Shown here: positions 27,550 to 39,493 of the stretch, in pieces
Layout of the letters: each line of letters begins with the position of its first letter
Numbering within the stretch: the stretch's first letter is position 1
From: the human T2T-CHM13v2.0 reference genome, Homo sapiens
Reading direction: 5' to 3' (one strand)
Length of the DNA: 64,000 nt
NCBI RefSeq assembly: GCF_009914755.1
Contig: NC_060929.1
The notes under the pieces: model-generated
Databases searched by the model: none
What the model was told of the DNA's origin: nothing
The model's input: the letters and a program-made list of their open reading frames with translations, nothing else
Translations under genes and position numbers: made by a program

Positions 27550-30190
27550 AATTGAAAAAATAATTACATGTCAGTAATTATATGAGATTTAGAGATTCAA
27601 TTTCCCTACTAAAAATGATTGCCAAATTAAATATAAGAATGATACTATGTTACTAATGTAATACCCACTTAAAATTGGAACACACAATGAATTTGAAAGC
27701 AAATTTCTATTTAAACACTATTTTTAAAACGCCATTGTAGCTATACTACGTTTAGACAAAATAAGCTTTTAGACAATATGACTTAACTATATAAATGGCT
27801 TTTTTTTAGGCAATATGACTTACTATATAAAAGAGACATTTCCCAAATTCAAAAGGGCTAATCTAACTGAAAGTTACCAATTTCTAAATACAATTGCAGT
27901 GTCAAAAAATAGAGAGCAAAAATTAACATAACTAAAGAAATAGATAAATCCAAAAATATGTTGTCAGATCTTCAAAATACATTTCTATCAAGAATTGTGA
28001 AGGATGTGAGACTTTACAAGTCTCAGAAAGTGAAAATGAGATATCTGGATGAGAGACAAAAGACAGTTTACTACTGGCAGCAATAGCAGTTGCCAGTTTA
28101 ATATTATTTCTGTTTTAGTTTTCCAAATCCCAGTTCTTACATGGTGACACAATGGCCTGGTAATCCTGCAGACACGGTGGATTGCATAAAAGAGAGGAAG
28201 CTAGGGCTGGGGGCACTCATATCTTTAATAAGGGGCAGTGAGCCTGCTGGACCTTTGCCATAGAGAGAAACAGTACCTTTATAATTCTGGACAGTAAATA
28301 AGCCACCTGTTTTATTCTAGAGAGACATACATCTTTATCTTCAACGGCTGTTCACTATACAGATATCCTTGAAATGATGACCTAGAATAAAGGCAATCAG
28401 GGCCTTTGCTGAAAAAAACAAAACAAAATATGAGAAATATGAGAGATTATGGTGATTTCTCTCTCAACAATTGCTCAGCGATCCATAACATGAAAATAAA
28501 AAGCAAGAGTAGTATAGAAGTTTTGATCCACAAGATTAGCAAATGTCACTGCATTTACATATATAGAAATACAACACACTTATTTTCAAAGGCACTTTGA
28601 ACATTTACTGAAATAGACCACTTATTAGGTCATAAAGCAAGTCACAAAAAACTTCAAACTATTGAATAATTCCAAATATGTTCTCTAACCAGAGTGGAAC
28701 TAAGACAGTAATTGATAATACAGTTAGATCAAAAAATTCCCAACACTTTAGAAATTAAGCAAGAAACTATAACACAAATAAACAAGAAATTAAGCAAGAA
28801 ACTATAACACAAATAAAAGAAAAAGTCCAATGTATAGAATAATATATTTTATTAAATGGCACTGATGAAGCATATCAAAAAGACAAAATGCAGCTATATT
28901 AGATTGAAATGAAACAATATAGCTTTTAATACAAATATCTGAATATTTCAGAAGATAAAAACTAGCATCCCATGTTCAGAACTTAAAAAGAAAAATAGAC
29001 ACAAAAAAAGAAATAAGCAAGTAACAAGGATAAAATATTTTTTGAAAAGTGAAAAAGAAAGAAGACCATGTGAGAGTTTTCTGAAAGCAACAATGTAAAA
29101 TAGTTTGTTTTTAAGATTAATACAAATAACAAGATACTAGCAAATTTAAATAATTTAAAAAGGGAGAAGGTTCAAATCGACATGATAATGGAACGGGGAA
29201 CATTATTTCAGATATGACAAACATTAAAAATAAATGAAATTTTATTTATATAAATTTGGAAAACATAATTCAATGCCAAATTTTTAGGATAACACACCAA
29301 AATTAGCACAGGAATAAGTGGAAAATCTAAATCATACATGTATTTAAAAAGTATAGCTATATCAAGCAAAACTTTTTAGAACCTCTATGTCTATAACTTT
29401 TACCTTTGATTTATTTTAAAAAGCTATTATTCAATGATAAATGTAAAAGAACAACTTTATATTCTAAAGGGACATATATCAAAAGTCTCTACTAAAAGCA
29501 AACAAATACAACTAATCGTTTTTAATTGTGCAATATTAAAAATTTTCCTTCAGTTGGGAATGAGACAGGAACATTTCTTAGCTTCATTCTTATTAAACAT
29601 CATACTCTGTTTCCTATTCAGTTCATGGACTCAGGGCATAATATGGTACAAGAATTGAAAGAAAGAAAAAATTCTTATCAGAAACATAACTTTGTCATCA
29701 ATAAATCTAAAAAAACTACAGATAATAAATTTACTAACTAAATTAAAAATATATAAGATATAAAGTTATTATAAAATAAAATTTCTTGATTCCAGCCCAA
29801 ATTATGAAGATAAAATTTTAAAATATTATTTAAAATAACATTAATTGCATAAAATTTTTTGAAATTGATAATTTAGAAAAATGTGAATCCTCTATGAAAA
29901 TATATTATCCTTTTAACATTTATAAAATTATAAAATGGAGAAATACCTCCCATTGTAGACTACAAGATTTAATCCTCTACATGTCAATTTCCTCCAAATT
30001 GAAAGAGATTTTCAGTGCAATGACAAAGAGAATCCCAGGAAAGCCTAATCTGGGGAAAAGTGGTAAAGGAGAGAATTTTACAAACTGATTTTAAAATGTA
30101 TATGGTAATGCAGAAATTACCAGCAATCGGGAAAATTATGAAGAAGACATTTATTGGAAATACACTAACAGATAAGATTTCTAATAAATC
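27550..30190 (+). mobile_element. Highly decayed L1M ORF2, interrupted by an LTR40-like element
   Basis: A-rich ORF2 remnants such as GAACATTTACTGAAATAGACCAC...GGTCATAAAGCAAG and CAAATATGTTCTCTAACC, with many stops and frameshifts. Confidence 0.7.
27996..28469 (-). mobile_element. LTR40-like solo LTR (ERVL)
   Basis: Minus strand starts TGTTGAGAGAGAAATCACCATAATCTCTC, contains TCAAGGATATCTGTATAGTGAACAGCC, ends CATCCTTCACA. Confidence 0.7.
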
Positions 30191-31139
30191 AAGGCAGAAT
30201 TAACCTGACTCCAACAAGATCACAACGGAGAAAGAAAACTACAGGGCCGTATCCCTGATGAACAAAGGTACAAAAATCCTCAAGTAAATACTAGCAAAAT
30301 AAATTCAAACACTTATTCAAAGATCATTCACTATAATCAAGTGCTATTAATCATAAGGATGCAGGGATGATTCCATGTATACAAATCTCTTAATGCAATA
30401 TATCACATTACCAGAATGAAGAACAAAAACTAAGAATCATCTCAGTAGATACTGAAACAGCATTTGACAATATTTAGCAGAAGTTCATGATAAAAACTTG
30501 CAAAAAATTAATGATAGAAAGAATGTAACTCAACCTCATAAAGGCTACATATGACAAACCCTCATCTAACATCAAGCACTATTAGAAAAAGTTGAAAACT
30601 TTTCTTCTAAGATTAGAAACAGAACACGGGTGCTTACTTTTGTTACTTCAATTCAACGTAATAGTGGAATTCCTAGACAGAGCAATTAGGCAAGAGAAAA
30701 AATAAAAGGCATCTAAATTGGAAAAGACTAAAAATTCTCCCTTTTTGCACATTAAATGATCATATATATAGAAAACTCTGAAGACTTCATCAAAAATACT
30801 ATTAGAATTAATAAATTCAGTAAAAATGTAGCATGCAAAATCAACATAAAAAATTAGGGTCGGGCGTGGTGGCTCACGTCTGTAATCCCAGCGCTTTGGG
30901 AGGCCAAGGCGGGTGGATCACGAGGTCAGAAGATCGAGACCATCCTGGCTAATGTGGTAAAACCCCGTCTCTACCAAAAATACAAGAAATTAGCCAGGCA
31001 TGGTGGCGGACTCTGTAGTCCCAGCTACTCAGGAGGCTGAGGCAGGAGAATGGCATGAACCCAGGAGGTGGAGCTTGCAGTGAGCCGAGATGAGATTTCG
31101 CCACTCCACTCCAGCCTGGGCGACAGAGGGAGACTGTCT

Positions 31140-31174
<35 letters not shown>

Positions 31175-32440
31175 GTATTGTTATACACGAAAAACAAACT
31201 ATTTTTGAAAAGTATCATGAAAGGAAACCAAGAAAACAATCTCATTTACAATCGTTACCAAAATAAAATAAAATATCTAGGAATAAATTCAACTAAAGAG
31301 ATGAGAGATCTCTACACTGAAAAGGTTACAACATGGATGAAAGAAATTGAGGAAGACACAAATAAATGGAAAGGTATCCTATGTTATGGATTGGAACTCT
31401 TAATATTATAAAAATGTTCAATCTACTCAAAATGAGCTAAAAATTCAACGTAATCTCTATCAAAATTGTAATGACAGTAAAAGTTAACTAGAAATTAAAT
31501 GAAAATCATAAAATTAGTATGAAACTACAAAAGACTCCAAATAGCCAAAATTATCTTAAGTAAAAAGAAGAAAGCTAGAGACATTGCACTTCCTGACTTC
31601 AAAGTATGCAATAAAGATATGGTAATTAAAACAGCATGGCATTGGTATAAAAACAGACACATAGCCCAATTCACACATTTCCAGCCAACTGATTTTCTAC
31701 AAAGGTGCCAGGAACAAACAATAGAGAAATATCCTAAGTCTCTTCAAGAAATGGCACTGGAAAACTGGGTATCCAATTGCAGAAGAATGAAATTAGAACC
31801 ATATCTCATTTGATCCACACAAATTAATGGTCTGGGCAATTACTTTTTTTGATATGACCTCAAAAGGATAGGCAATGAAAGCAAAAATAGACTATAGAAT
31901 TGCATCAAACTAAAAAGTTTCTGCACAGCAAATAAAACAATCAATAGAGTGAAGAGACAACAGAATGGAAAAAAATTGCAAATTATACATCTGATAAGGG
32001 GATAATAGCAAAATATATGAGAAATTCCAGCAATTCATACCAAGAAACCAACCAAATTTTAAAAATGGGCAAAAGATCTGAATAGACATCATTCAAAAGA
32101 AGACATAAAAATAGCTGACAGTCGTTTAACAAAATGCTCAACAACAAATTATCAAGAAAGTGCAAGCTAAAACCCTGATGAATTATTCACCTTACTCCTG
32201 TTAGAATGGCTGTTGTCAAATGAAAGGAATATTAAAAGAGTTGGCAGGGATGTGGACAGAAGGGAAGCCTTGCACATTGTTGTAGGAATGTAGATTAATA
32301 AAGCCATTATGGAAAACAGCATGAAGATTCTTCAAAAATCTGTAAATCTACCATATGATCAGCAATCCCACTTTTAGATGTATTTCCAAAAGAATGGAAG
32401 TGAGTAGTATGATCCAAGAGATATATGCACTCTGATGTGC
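30190..32440 (+). mobile_element. L1MA-like ORF2 segment (RT to C-terminus), split by AluY
   Basis: AAAGAAAACTACAGGGCCGTATCCCTGATGAAC. ORF fragments DLYTEKVTTWMKEIEEDTNKWK and VIKTAWHWYKNRHIAQ are ORF2p. Confidence 0.9.
30858..31171 (+). mobile_element. AluY-like
   Basis: GATCGAGACCATCCTGGCTAA and GGCATGAACCCAGGAGGTGGAGCTTGCAG, A31 tail, small GAGAT duplication. Confidence 0.95.
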
Positions 32441-32526
32441 AGATATCTAAAACTACAGTCAAGAAATATATTAGCAACATATATAAAACAAAACAGGCAC
32501 ATATTCTAAATATATTAAAAATTCTC

Positions 32527-32903
32527 CACAGAATACTATGCAGCCATAAAAAATGATGAGTTCATGTCCTTTGTAGGGACATGGATGAAATTGGAAATCA
32601 TCTTTCTCAGTAAACTATCGCAAGAACAAAAAACCAAACACCGCATGTTCTCACTCATAGGTGGGAATTGAACAATGAGAACCCATGGACACAGGAAGGG
32701 GAATATCACACTCTGGGGACTGCTGTGGGGTGGGGGGAGGGGGGAGGGATAGCGTTAGGAGATATACCTAATGCTAAATGACGAGTTAATGGGTGCAGCA
32801 CACCAGCATGGCACATGTATACATATGTAACTAACCTGCACATTATGCTCATGTACCCTAAAACTTAAAGTAGAATAATAATAAAATAAAATAAAATAAA
32901 ATA
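32527..32903 (+). mobile_element. 5'-truncated young L1 (L1PA3-like)
   Basis: Near-consensus 3' end with GGGGTGGGGGGAGGGGGGAGGG tract, (TAAAA)n tail, TSD AAAAATTCTC at 32517-32526 and 32904-32913. Confidence 0.95.
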
Positions 32904-32914
32904 AAAAATTCTCA

Positions 32915-33760
32915 GACACTAATAAGAAAAAGAGGGCCTAGTAGAAAAATAATGGGAAACTTCTTGAGTAGGTAATTTACAGTATTATGGAATCCAAATG
33001 ACCAGTAAGCTCATTAGAAGGTGCTCAATCTTATTATCTAGGGAGGCAGAAATTAACCACAATGTGATAATACTTCATTTCTATAAGAAAGGCAAGAATT
33101 TTCAAAACTGACACAGTCATATGCTGGGAAGTATGTGAAAAGACTTGATCTTTCATTTACCACTTGTAAGAGTGTGAAAATTGGGGCCCTCACTTTTGAA
33201 ATTCTTTCATTGTCTACTGGCATTGAGCGTGCCACACCATATAAACCTGAATTTGCAGTCCTAAATTTATATTCTCAACATATATATAATCCAAACATTT
33301 ATGTAAACTAAAAGATATATATAAGAATATTAAACAACAGTAATTTTAGTAGGCAAAAGTTAAAAGCCAATGAAATTGCCATCAGCATGAAAAACAAACA
33401 AGTAAATTGTGATGAAATTTGTTGTAATGAATAGTGATAATCAAAAATATAAACTTGTGATTCATGAATAAAATTCAAAGCATAGTGTTAAACAAAGAAA
33501 ATCAGAGGTCAAATAATCTACTCTCTGTTATTGCCTCTATATGATTTCATATACATAAAAAAATATCTTTTGGTTTAGAAATCACGATAACAGTTTCCTT
33601 CGTAAATTACTGTTACATTGTGACCTAGAAGGCATGGGGGGAACATCTGCATTTCTGGTAATATCTTACTTCCTCTTACAAGTAATACATGGTGGTTCAT
33701 CTTTCTTTCTTCTTACAGTTTCTGTTTTTTATGTGTGTTTTCCTTTAATAAAATGTTTAA
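32915..33760 (+). mobile_element. Old L1ME 3' end
   Basis: Degenerate AAGGTGCTCAATCTTATTA...AACCACAATGTGATA, ending in AATAAAATG. Confidence 0.6.
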
Positions 33761-35469
33761 TGGAAAATCAATTGTATGTCTACATATAACAGTATAAATA
33801 TTTAGAAAATATGATTTATGGACACTGATTTGAGAAATCTAGGCTAAACTTCAGGTTACATTTCTAATGCAAGTTATAAAAGCCTTGTTTGAAGAAAACA
33901 ATAAATATTTTCAAGAGAAAAACAGTTGGAAATACTCAAATAAATGGAACACTAGACCATGCTAATTCACATAAAGACTTATATCAAATAAAATGTAATG
34001 ACAGAATCAATATGATTCCTGTTAAATCTCAAGTCATTTTTGCTAAAAATTAAAACTTTATTTACATATATATTTGTAATAAAATATAGCTCATAAGAGA
34101 AGCCATAATATAAAAAATTACTACATTAAAATTCAGAAATTTTATTTATCAAAAGATACCATAAATCATATTGAAAATCACCATGAACTGACAGAATATA
34201 ATTGTGACATTAAAATAACCCTTACAAATAGATGACTAAAATAATTCAACAACAAATTTAAAGGGGAAAATGTGTGAACAACACTATTACACTTAAATCT
34301 TGAAATTACCTTTTCTGTGTGTCAAAAGAGTTGACTATAAACAATGGTTTATGTCATCATCAACAGAAGTTGATGATCATGCTTTTGTTTTTATGGCTGG
34401 CTCAATGAAAAACATTTTGTGAACTCTTTATCATGTAGTGTTTTATTAACTCAAATTTTAGCTTTATCTAGAAATAGAGATGATTTTCTATTAAAAGTTT
34501 GACTGAGAAATCAATGTATTTCATACAGGCCACAAAGCAGTCATTAAATTGAAACCTATCTGTCTTTCATTTTATTCTGATGTCTTAAAGTGACATTATT
34601 TTATCAATTTCTTTTCTTTTCTTTTATCAATTTTAGTTAATATTTCCCCTTTGACTACTTTGCATTTCTGTCTTTGGAATTTTATCAGGATTAGTTTCCT
34701 ATTCTTTCTATCTTTATTTCAACTAAGTTTTGGGATAGTTTTGGACTATTACTCTAAATAACACTTGGGAAAAAAAACACAGCACTATAATACAGCAAAA
34801 CAAAATATATCTCGATAAAGATTTCTGTGTTCCCTCGATACTATTCATCTTTTCAAAACAACATTCTATTGAGAACTCATTCTCTTAAGGGAGTAATTCT
34901 AAATAATTTCTGCTACTCACAAGCCAAGTTCCAATATGTTTTTTTACAGCAACAAATAAGGTTACAAAAAGTCTAAACCAACTTGGATCAGCGAATAAAC
35001 TACTGTGATGTGTAAAACACAGCAAAGCAGACTATTTCTCATCTAAAAGTTTTGCCTAATAATAAAACAAAAGCCAGCCTAGTGTTTGAGTATTTTTATC
35101 TAAAAATAGAAGTGATTGTACCACTTTTGGGGAATGCACATTTTTCACCTTTTGTAAGTCAGAAATAAAAATGAACAAGATTAACCTACTGTGTTTTATA
35201 CTTTCTCATAAATTTAATCTTAATGAGGTTATTTTCTTCTTGCATATTGATGATATGTGGATACACATGAAGATGTATGATTAGAATACAAAGAGACTGT
35301 AGAGATCATAAGATATATGTCACACATATATTACACATGAATATGAACATTAATCAAGAAAAACTCAATTGTCCCAAGTGTCACAGGTATCTCTAGACCT
35401 ACTTTGCTACCTCTCTATTCCTCTTCTCATTCATCCTTCAACTCTCTACATCTTATTCACTCTATCATA

Positions 35470-36295
35470 AAATTATTATTTATTGCATTTATTTGGAATT
35501 TATGATTGGACAGGACACAGTCTTGTGTTCTCTTGGGGAATATACAGCCTAGTGGAAATAAAAATATTAATATTAAATAATAATATGACAGTGATTAGTA
35601 AAAGTAATTAGGTAATACATTGTGATAATTAGGGAGGGGCAGACAGTTGGGAAACCTTAAACAACTGTGCAGAGAAGTATTTTCTCAGAGCTGAGACATG
35701 AATGATGATAGGAGAAAACTTACAGGCCAGGCGCAGTGGCTCACGCCTGTAATCCCAACATTTGGGAGGCCAAGGCAGGCAGATCACTTGAGGTCAGGAG
35801 TTCTAGACCAGCCTGGCCAACATGGTGACACCCCGTCACTACTAAAAATACAAGAATTATCTTTGCATGGTAGCACACTCCTGTAATCTCAGCTACTCGG
35901 GAGGCTGAGGCAGGAGAATCGCTTAAACCCGGGAGGCTGAGGTTGCATTGAGCCAAGGTTGTGGCACGCACTCCAGCCTGGGTGACAGAGCGAGACTCCA
36001 TCTCAAAAAATAATAATAATAATAAATAATAATAATTATTAGAGGTGTAAATTTAGGTGGAAATACCTTAGTCAGGGAACAAATGGACTAGTGTAGCTAT
36101 TTCAGAATGGTGAAAGAGGATATTAATAAAATGTGAACTTAGCATTTCAGTGAGAAATCTGGCCGTCTAAGTCTGACAGGATGAGTTGGCATCAATCTTT
36201 TTGCCTTATGAAAAAATAGAGCAATCATGTAGGCTTTGTTTAAAATTATAATTGTAGATATGATAGATTGGATCAAATTCAGGCCACATTCTGGA
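35470..36295 (-). mobile_element. L2 fragment split by an Alu
   Basis: CAGCCTAGTGG, GAGCTGAGACATGAATGATG, GGACTAGTGTAGCT and GATATGATAGATT are typical antisense L2 blocks. Confidence 0.55.
35725..36037 (+). mobile_element. AluS (Sx/Sz-like) with (AAT)n tail
   Basis: Dimeric Alu with GATCACTTGAGGTCAGGAG and an (AAT)n tail. Confidence 0.95.
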
Positions 36296-37374
36296 AGTGA
36301 AAAATAAAGAACTTTTTGCAACTTTAAACACATGAAGTTAGGAAGTAAAGGGCCACAAACTCACTTCCAAGATAGCTCTGCAGCTGCTGCAGCTTGCTAT
36401 GGGAAAATAGGCACTAACGCAGAGCTCTGCTCACTAGCTCCTTTACCAGGGTTATACGCAGCTTTCTGAGCAGCTGGCACCCAAGCTGAGAATGCCCCCT
36501 ATACTATACACCAGGTCATTCGAGTGCTGACAAAATCTACCGTCTTCATGCATCTTTTATGAAATATATCAAGTAGCGGGGCAATAGAAAGCCTTTAAGG
36601 ATGAGCAATCCACAGTTTGTCCATGTGATAAAAAAAGCCTGAGTGACTCCATGTTCCCTGAAATCCATGTTGCACCGAAAACCCTTCTCTGTTAATGTCT
36701 CAATATTCCATAGGATACACAGGAAAGGAATGCAATGAAAATGTCTTCTGGCTTCAGGACTGACCAAGTGGGTTGGTTAACTGAGATGGGGAATCTAGAA
36801 GGATCATGATCTTTGTGAGGAGAATTCTATAATTATTTTACTCTTTCTAAACTATTTTAAGGCTCAAAACAACCCAATAAATGCTCTAGTTACTCCCCTC
36901 ATTGTGAAAGACTTTTGAATATGGCCAAGAAACATGAAATGACAACTGATCCAAGAGAATAGAGTAAGTTAGCTCAGTAACTAAGTCTAGGGTGTAAACG
37001 TCCTAGTTCTCAGTTCAGGAGCCTTCCATTGACTGCACAATGCATTTAATTTACCATTTATCTGCCCAGAAAATATATGAGTTAATAAGTTCTTAGAAGC
37101 TGACTTCCTAGAAAACACCATGGGATGCCGTTCTTGTGTACACTTATGTTTAATTCAAATCTCATACTGCCCTTGGAATGTAAATGAATGTGTTCTTCTC
37201 AGGTTAAGTGGTAACTTTCTGGCAGAGAATAATTTAAAATGTAAGCAGTTTTATTAGTCATTATGCACAGTGTGACACACAGATACAATCATCTGAGTAT
37301 TAACAGTTCATCTTTTCTCAAAGTGGAAAAAAATACCTCCACATTCTAGGGATCACAGAGCAAAATGAAACATA

Positions 37375-37575
37375 ACTAGAGTTCGGAGTCAATTAATTTT
37401 ACCTTGGCTCAGTACCAAATTAGCCATTAAAACCCACACATGCATTCAACACCTCTGATCCTCAGTTTCCTTTTCATGAATTATGACTATGGTAAAGGAG
37501 GGTTATTATAAAAATTAAAGAATATAGTATCTAAGAAAATGTCTAGAGATGATTATGTTCTCATTAAATGTTCTA
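37375..37575 (+). mobile_element. MIR fragment
   Basis: CCTCTGATCCTCAGTTTCCTTTTC...GGGTTATTATAAAAATTAAA...CTCATTAAATGTT. Confidence 0.6.
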
Positions 37576-38686
37576 TTTGAATAATACTAAAATATAAGGT
37601 GACATGTACTTTAATTCAAAAGGGGGTTGTTTTTTGAAGGAACCTTGAAATGCCACCTTTTGTAATCTTTTCATGCATGACTCCTACAACTCCTCATATA
37701 GGTATCATTACATACATTTTTAGAAATGTGATTATTCACATTTGAATAACTGCAAGGAAGTATAAAAAGTGTAAGAGATGTTAGAGAATACTTTTAATGA
37801 ATGTTCAGCACAGGTTTCCTTGGGGAAAAATTAATCATTAAAACTTCCCAAGTATTTTATTATCATCTCATGAAATTCCCTGAATAACCATATCCCTTGT
37901 TAATTCACTAATTTATTCTGGGGCTGATCCTACTGACTAATGTCTTTAGGTGTTTTCAACTGAGCAGTAATACAATCAAATATGGAGCTCCTTTTGACCT
38001 TTTAACATTTCTATTTTCTTATATTGATTATTAATATTGGAAAGACATATCTTATACAGAAAACATTTCAACTGAGTGGGCCACTAGTTAAAAGTTAATG
38101 TGGAAATAACAGTTTCTGCTGTTAAATCAATACTGAGTGTGTGGTTAGATGAAGGAGCTCTATTTTTGGAAAAATCTATATCAGTTACTCTATTTACCTA
38201 GGAATGTAATTATAACTATAGAGCTCTCATATCTATGCCCCCAAATTTTCAATAGAGTTGACATGAGTTGTGCCTAAGATTAACAAATTATTGTTTAAAA
38301 CAAAGAGGAAAGTCTGATAGTTTTTTTCTAGTATGCACTTTACACTACCTAAATTAAAATATGAAAATGTATATAAAATATCGGCAAATACATGAGAATA
38401 ATAAAAAATTTAGTACGTGTCATGGAACTTACATTATTCATTCATTTATTCATTTGTTAACTCATTTTACAACTATTTAACAGAAAATATTCTATTTGTA
38501 GATTTTTTTGACACTAAGTATATAATCACTTTTAAAAGGCAATGGAAAATTTTGAAAACTATTTATGACCATGTAATCATACTAGCATAGTGTCTACTAT
38601 GTAGACCATAGTAGCATAAAATCTACTAAGATAGTACTATTAATTTTAAAAAATTCACAAATAAATATAAAATTTAAAATGCTTTA

Positions 38687-39147
<461 letters not shown>

Positions 39148-39307
39148 GGAATTACAGGTTGAGAGAAGACAGCATGTGTAAAGGCCCTGTGCTAAAAGGA
39201 ACATGCAGTATACAAGACAACAAAGTAAATGTAATAGTTCTGGAATACCAAGATCAATATGAAAAAGAGTTTGAATGAGGCAGGTAGGTAAGTCAGAATG
39301 TCTAGTC

Positions 39308-39493
39308 TTTTTTTTTTTTATACTTTAAGTTCTAGGGTACATGTGCACTATGTGCAGGTTTGTTACATATGTATGCATGTGCCATGTTGGTGTGCTGCAC
39401 CCATTAACTCGTCATTTACATTAGGTATATCTCCTAATGCTATCCCTCCCCCCTCCCCCCACCCCATGACAGGCCCTGGTGTGTGATGTTCCT
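39308..39493 (-). mobile_element. Very short L1PA4/5-like 3' end
   Basis: Poly-T then ATACTTTAAGTTCTAGGGTACATGTGCAC...CCCCATGACAGGCCCTGGTGTGTGATGTTCC, short TSD GTCTT. Confidence 0.93.

Noticed and set aside
32715-32750. G-quadruplex-forming G tract (also antisense at ~39443-39466)
   Set aside because: Standard feature of L1PA 3' UTRs, not locus-specific.
36605-36735. Possible hAT-Charlie (MER3/MER119-like) end
   Set aside because: Similarity too weak to call without a Dfam search.
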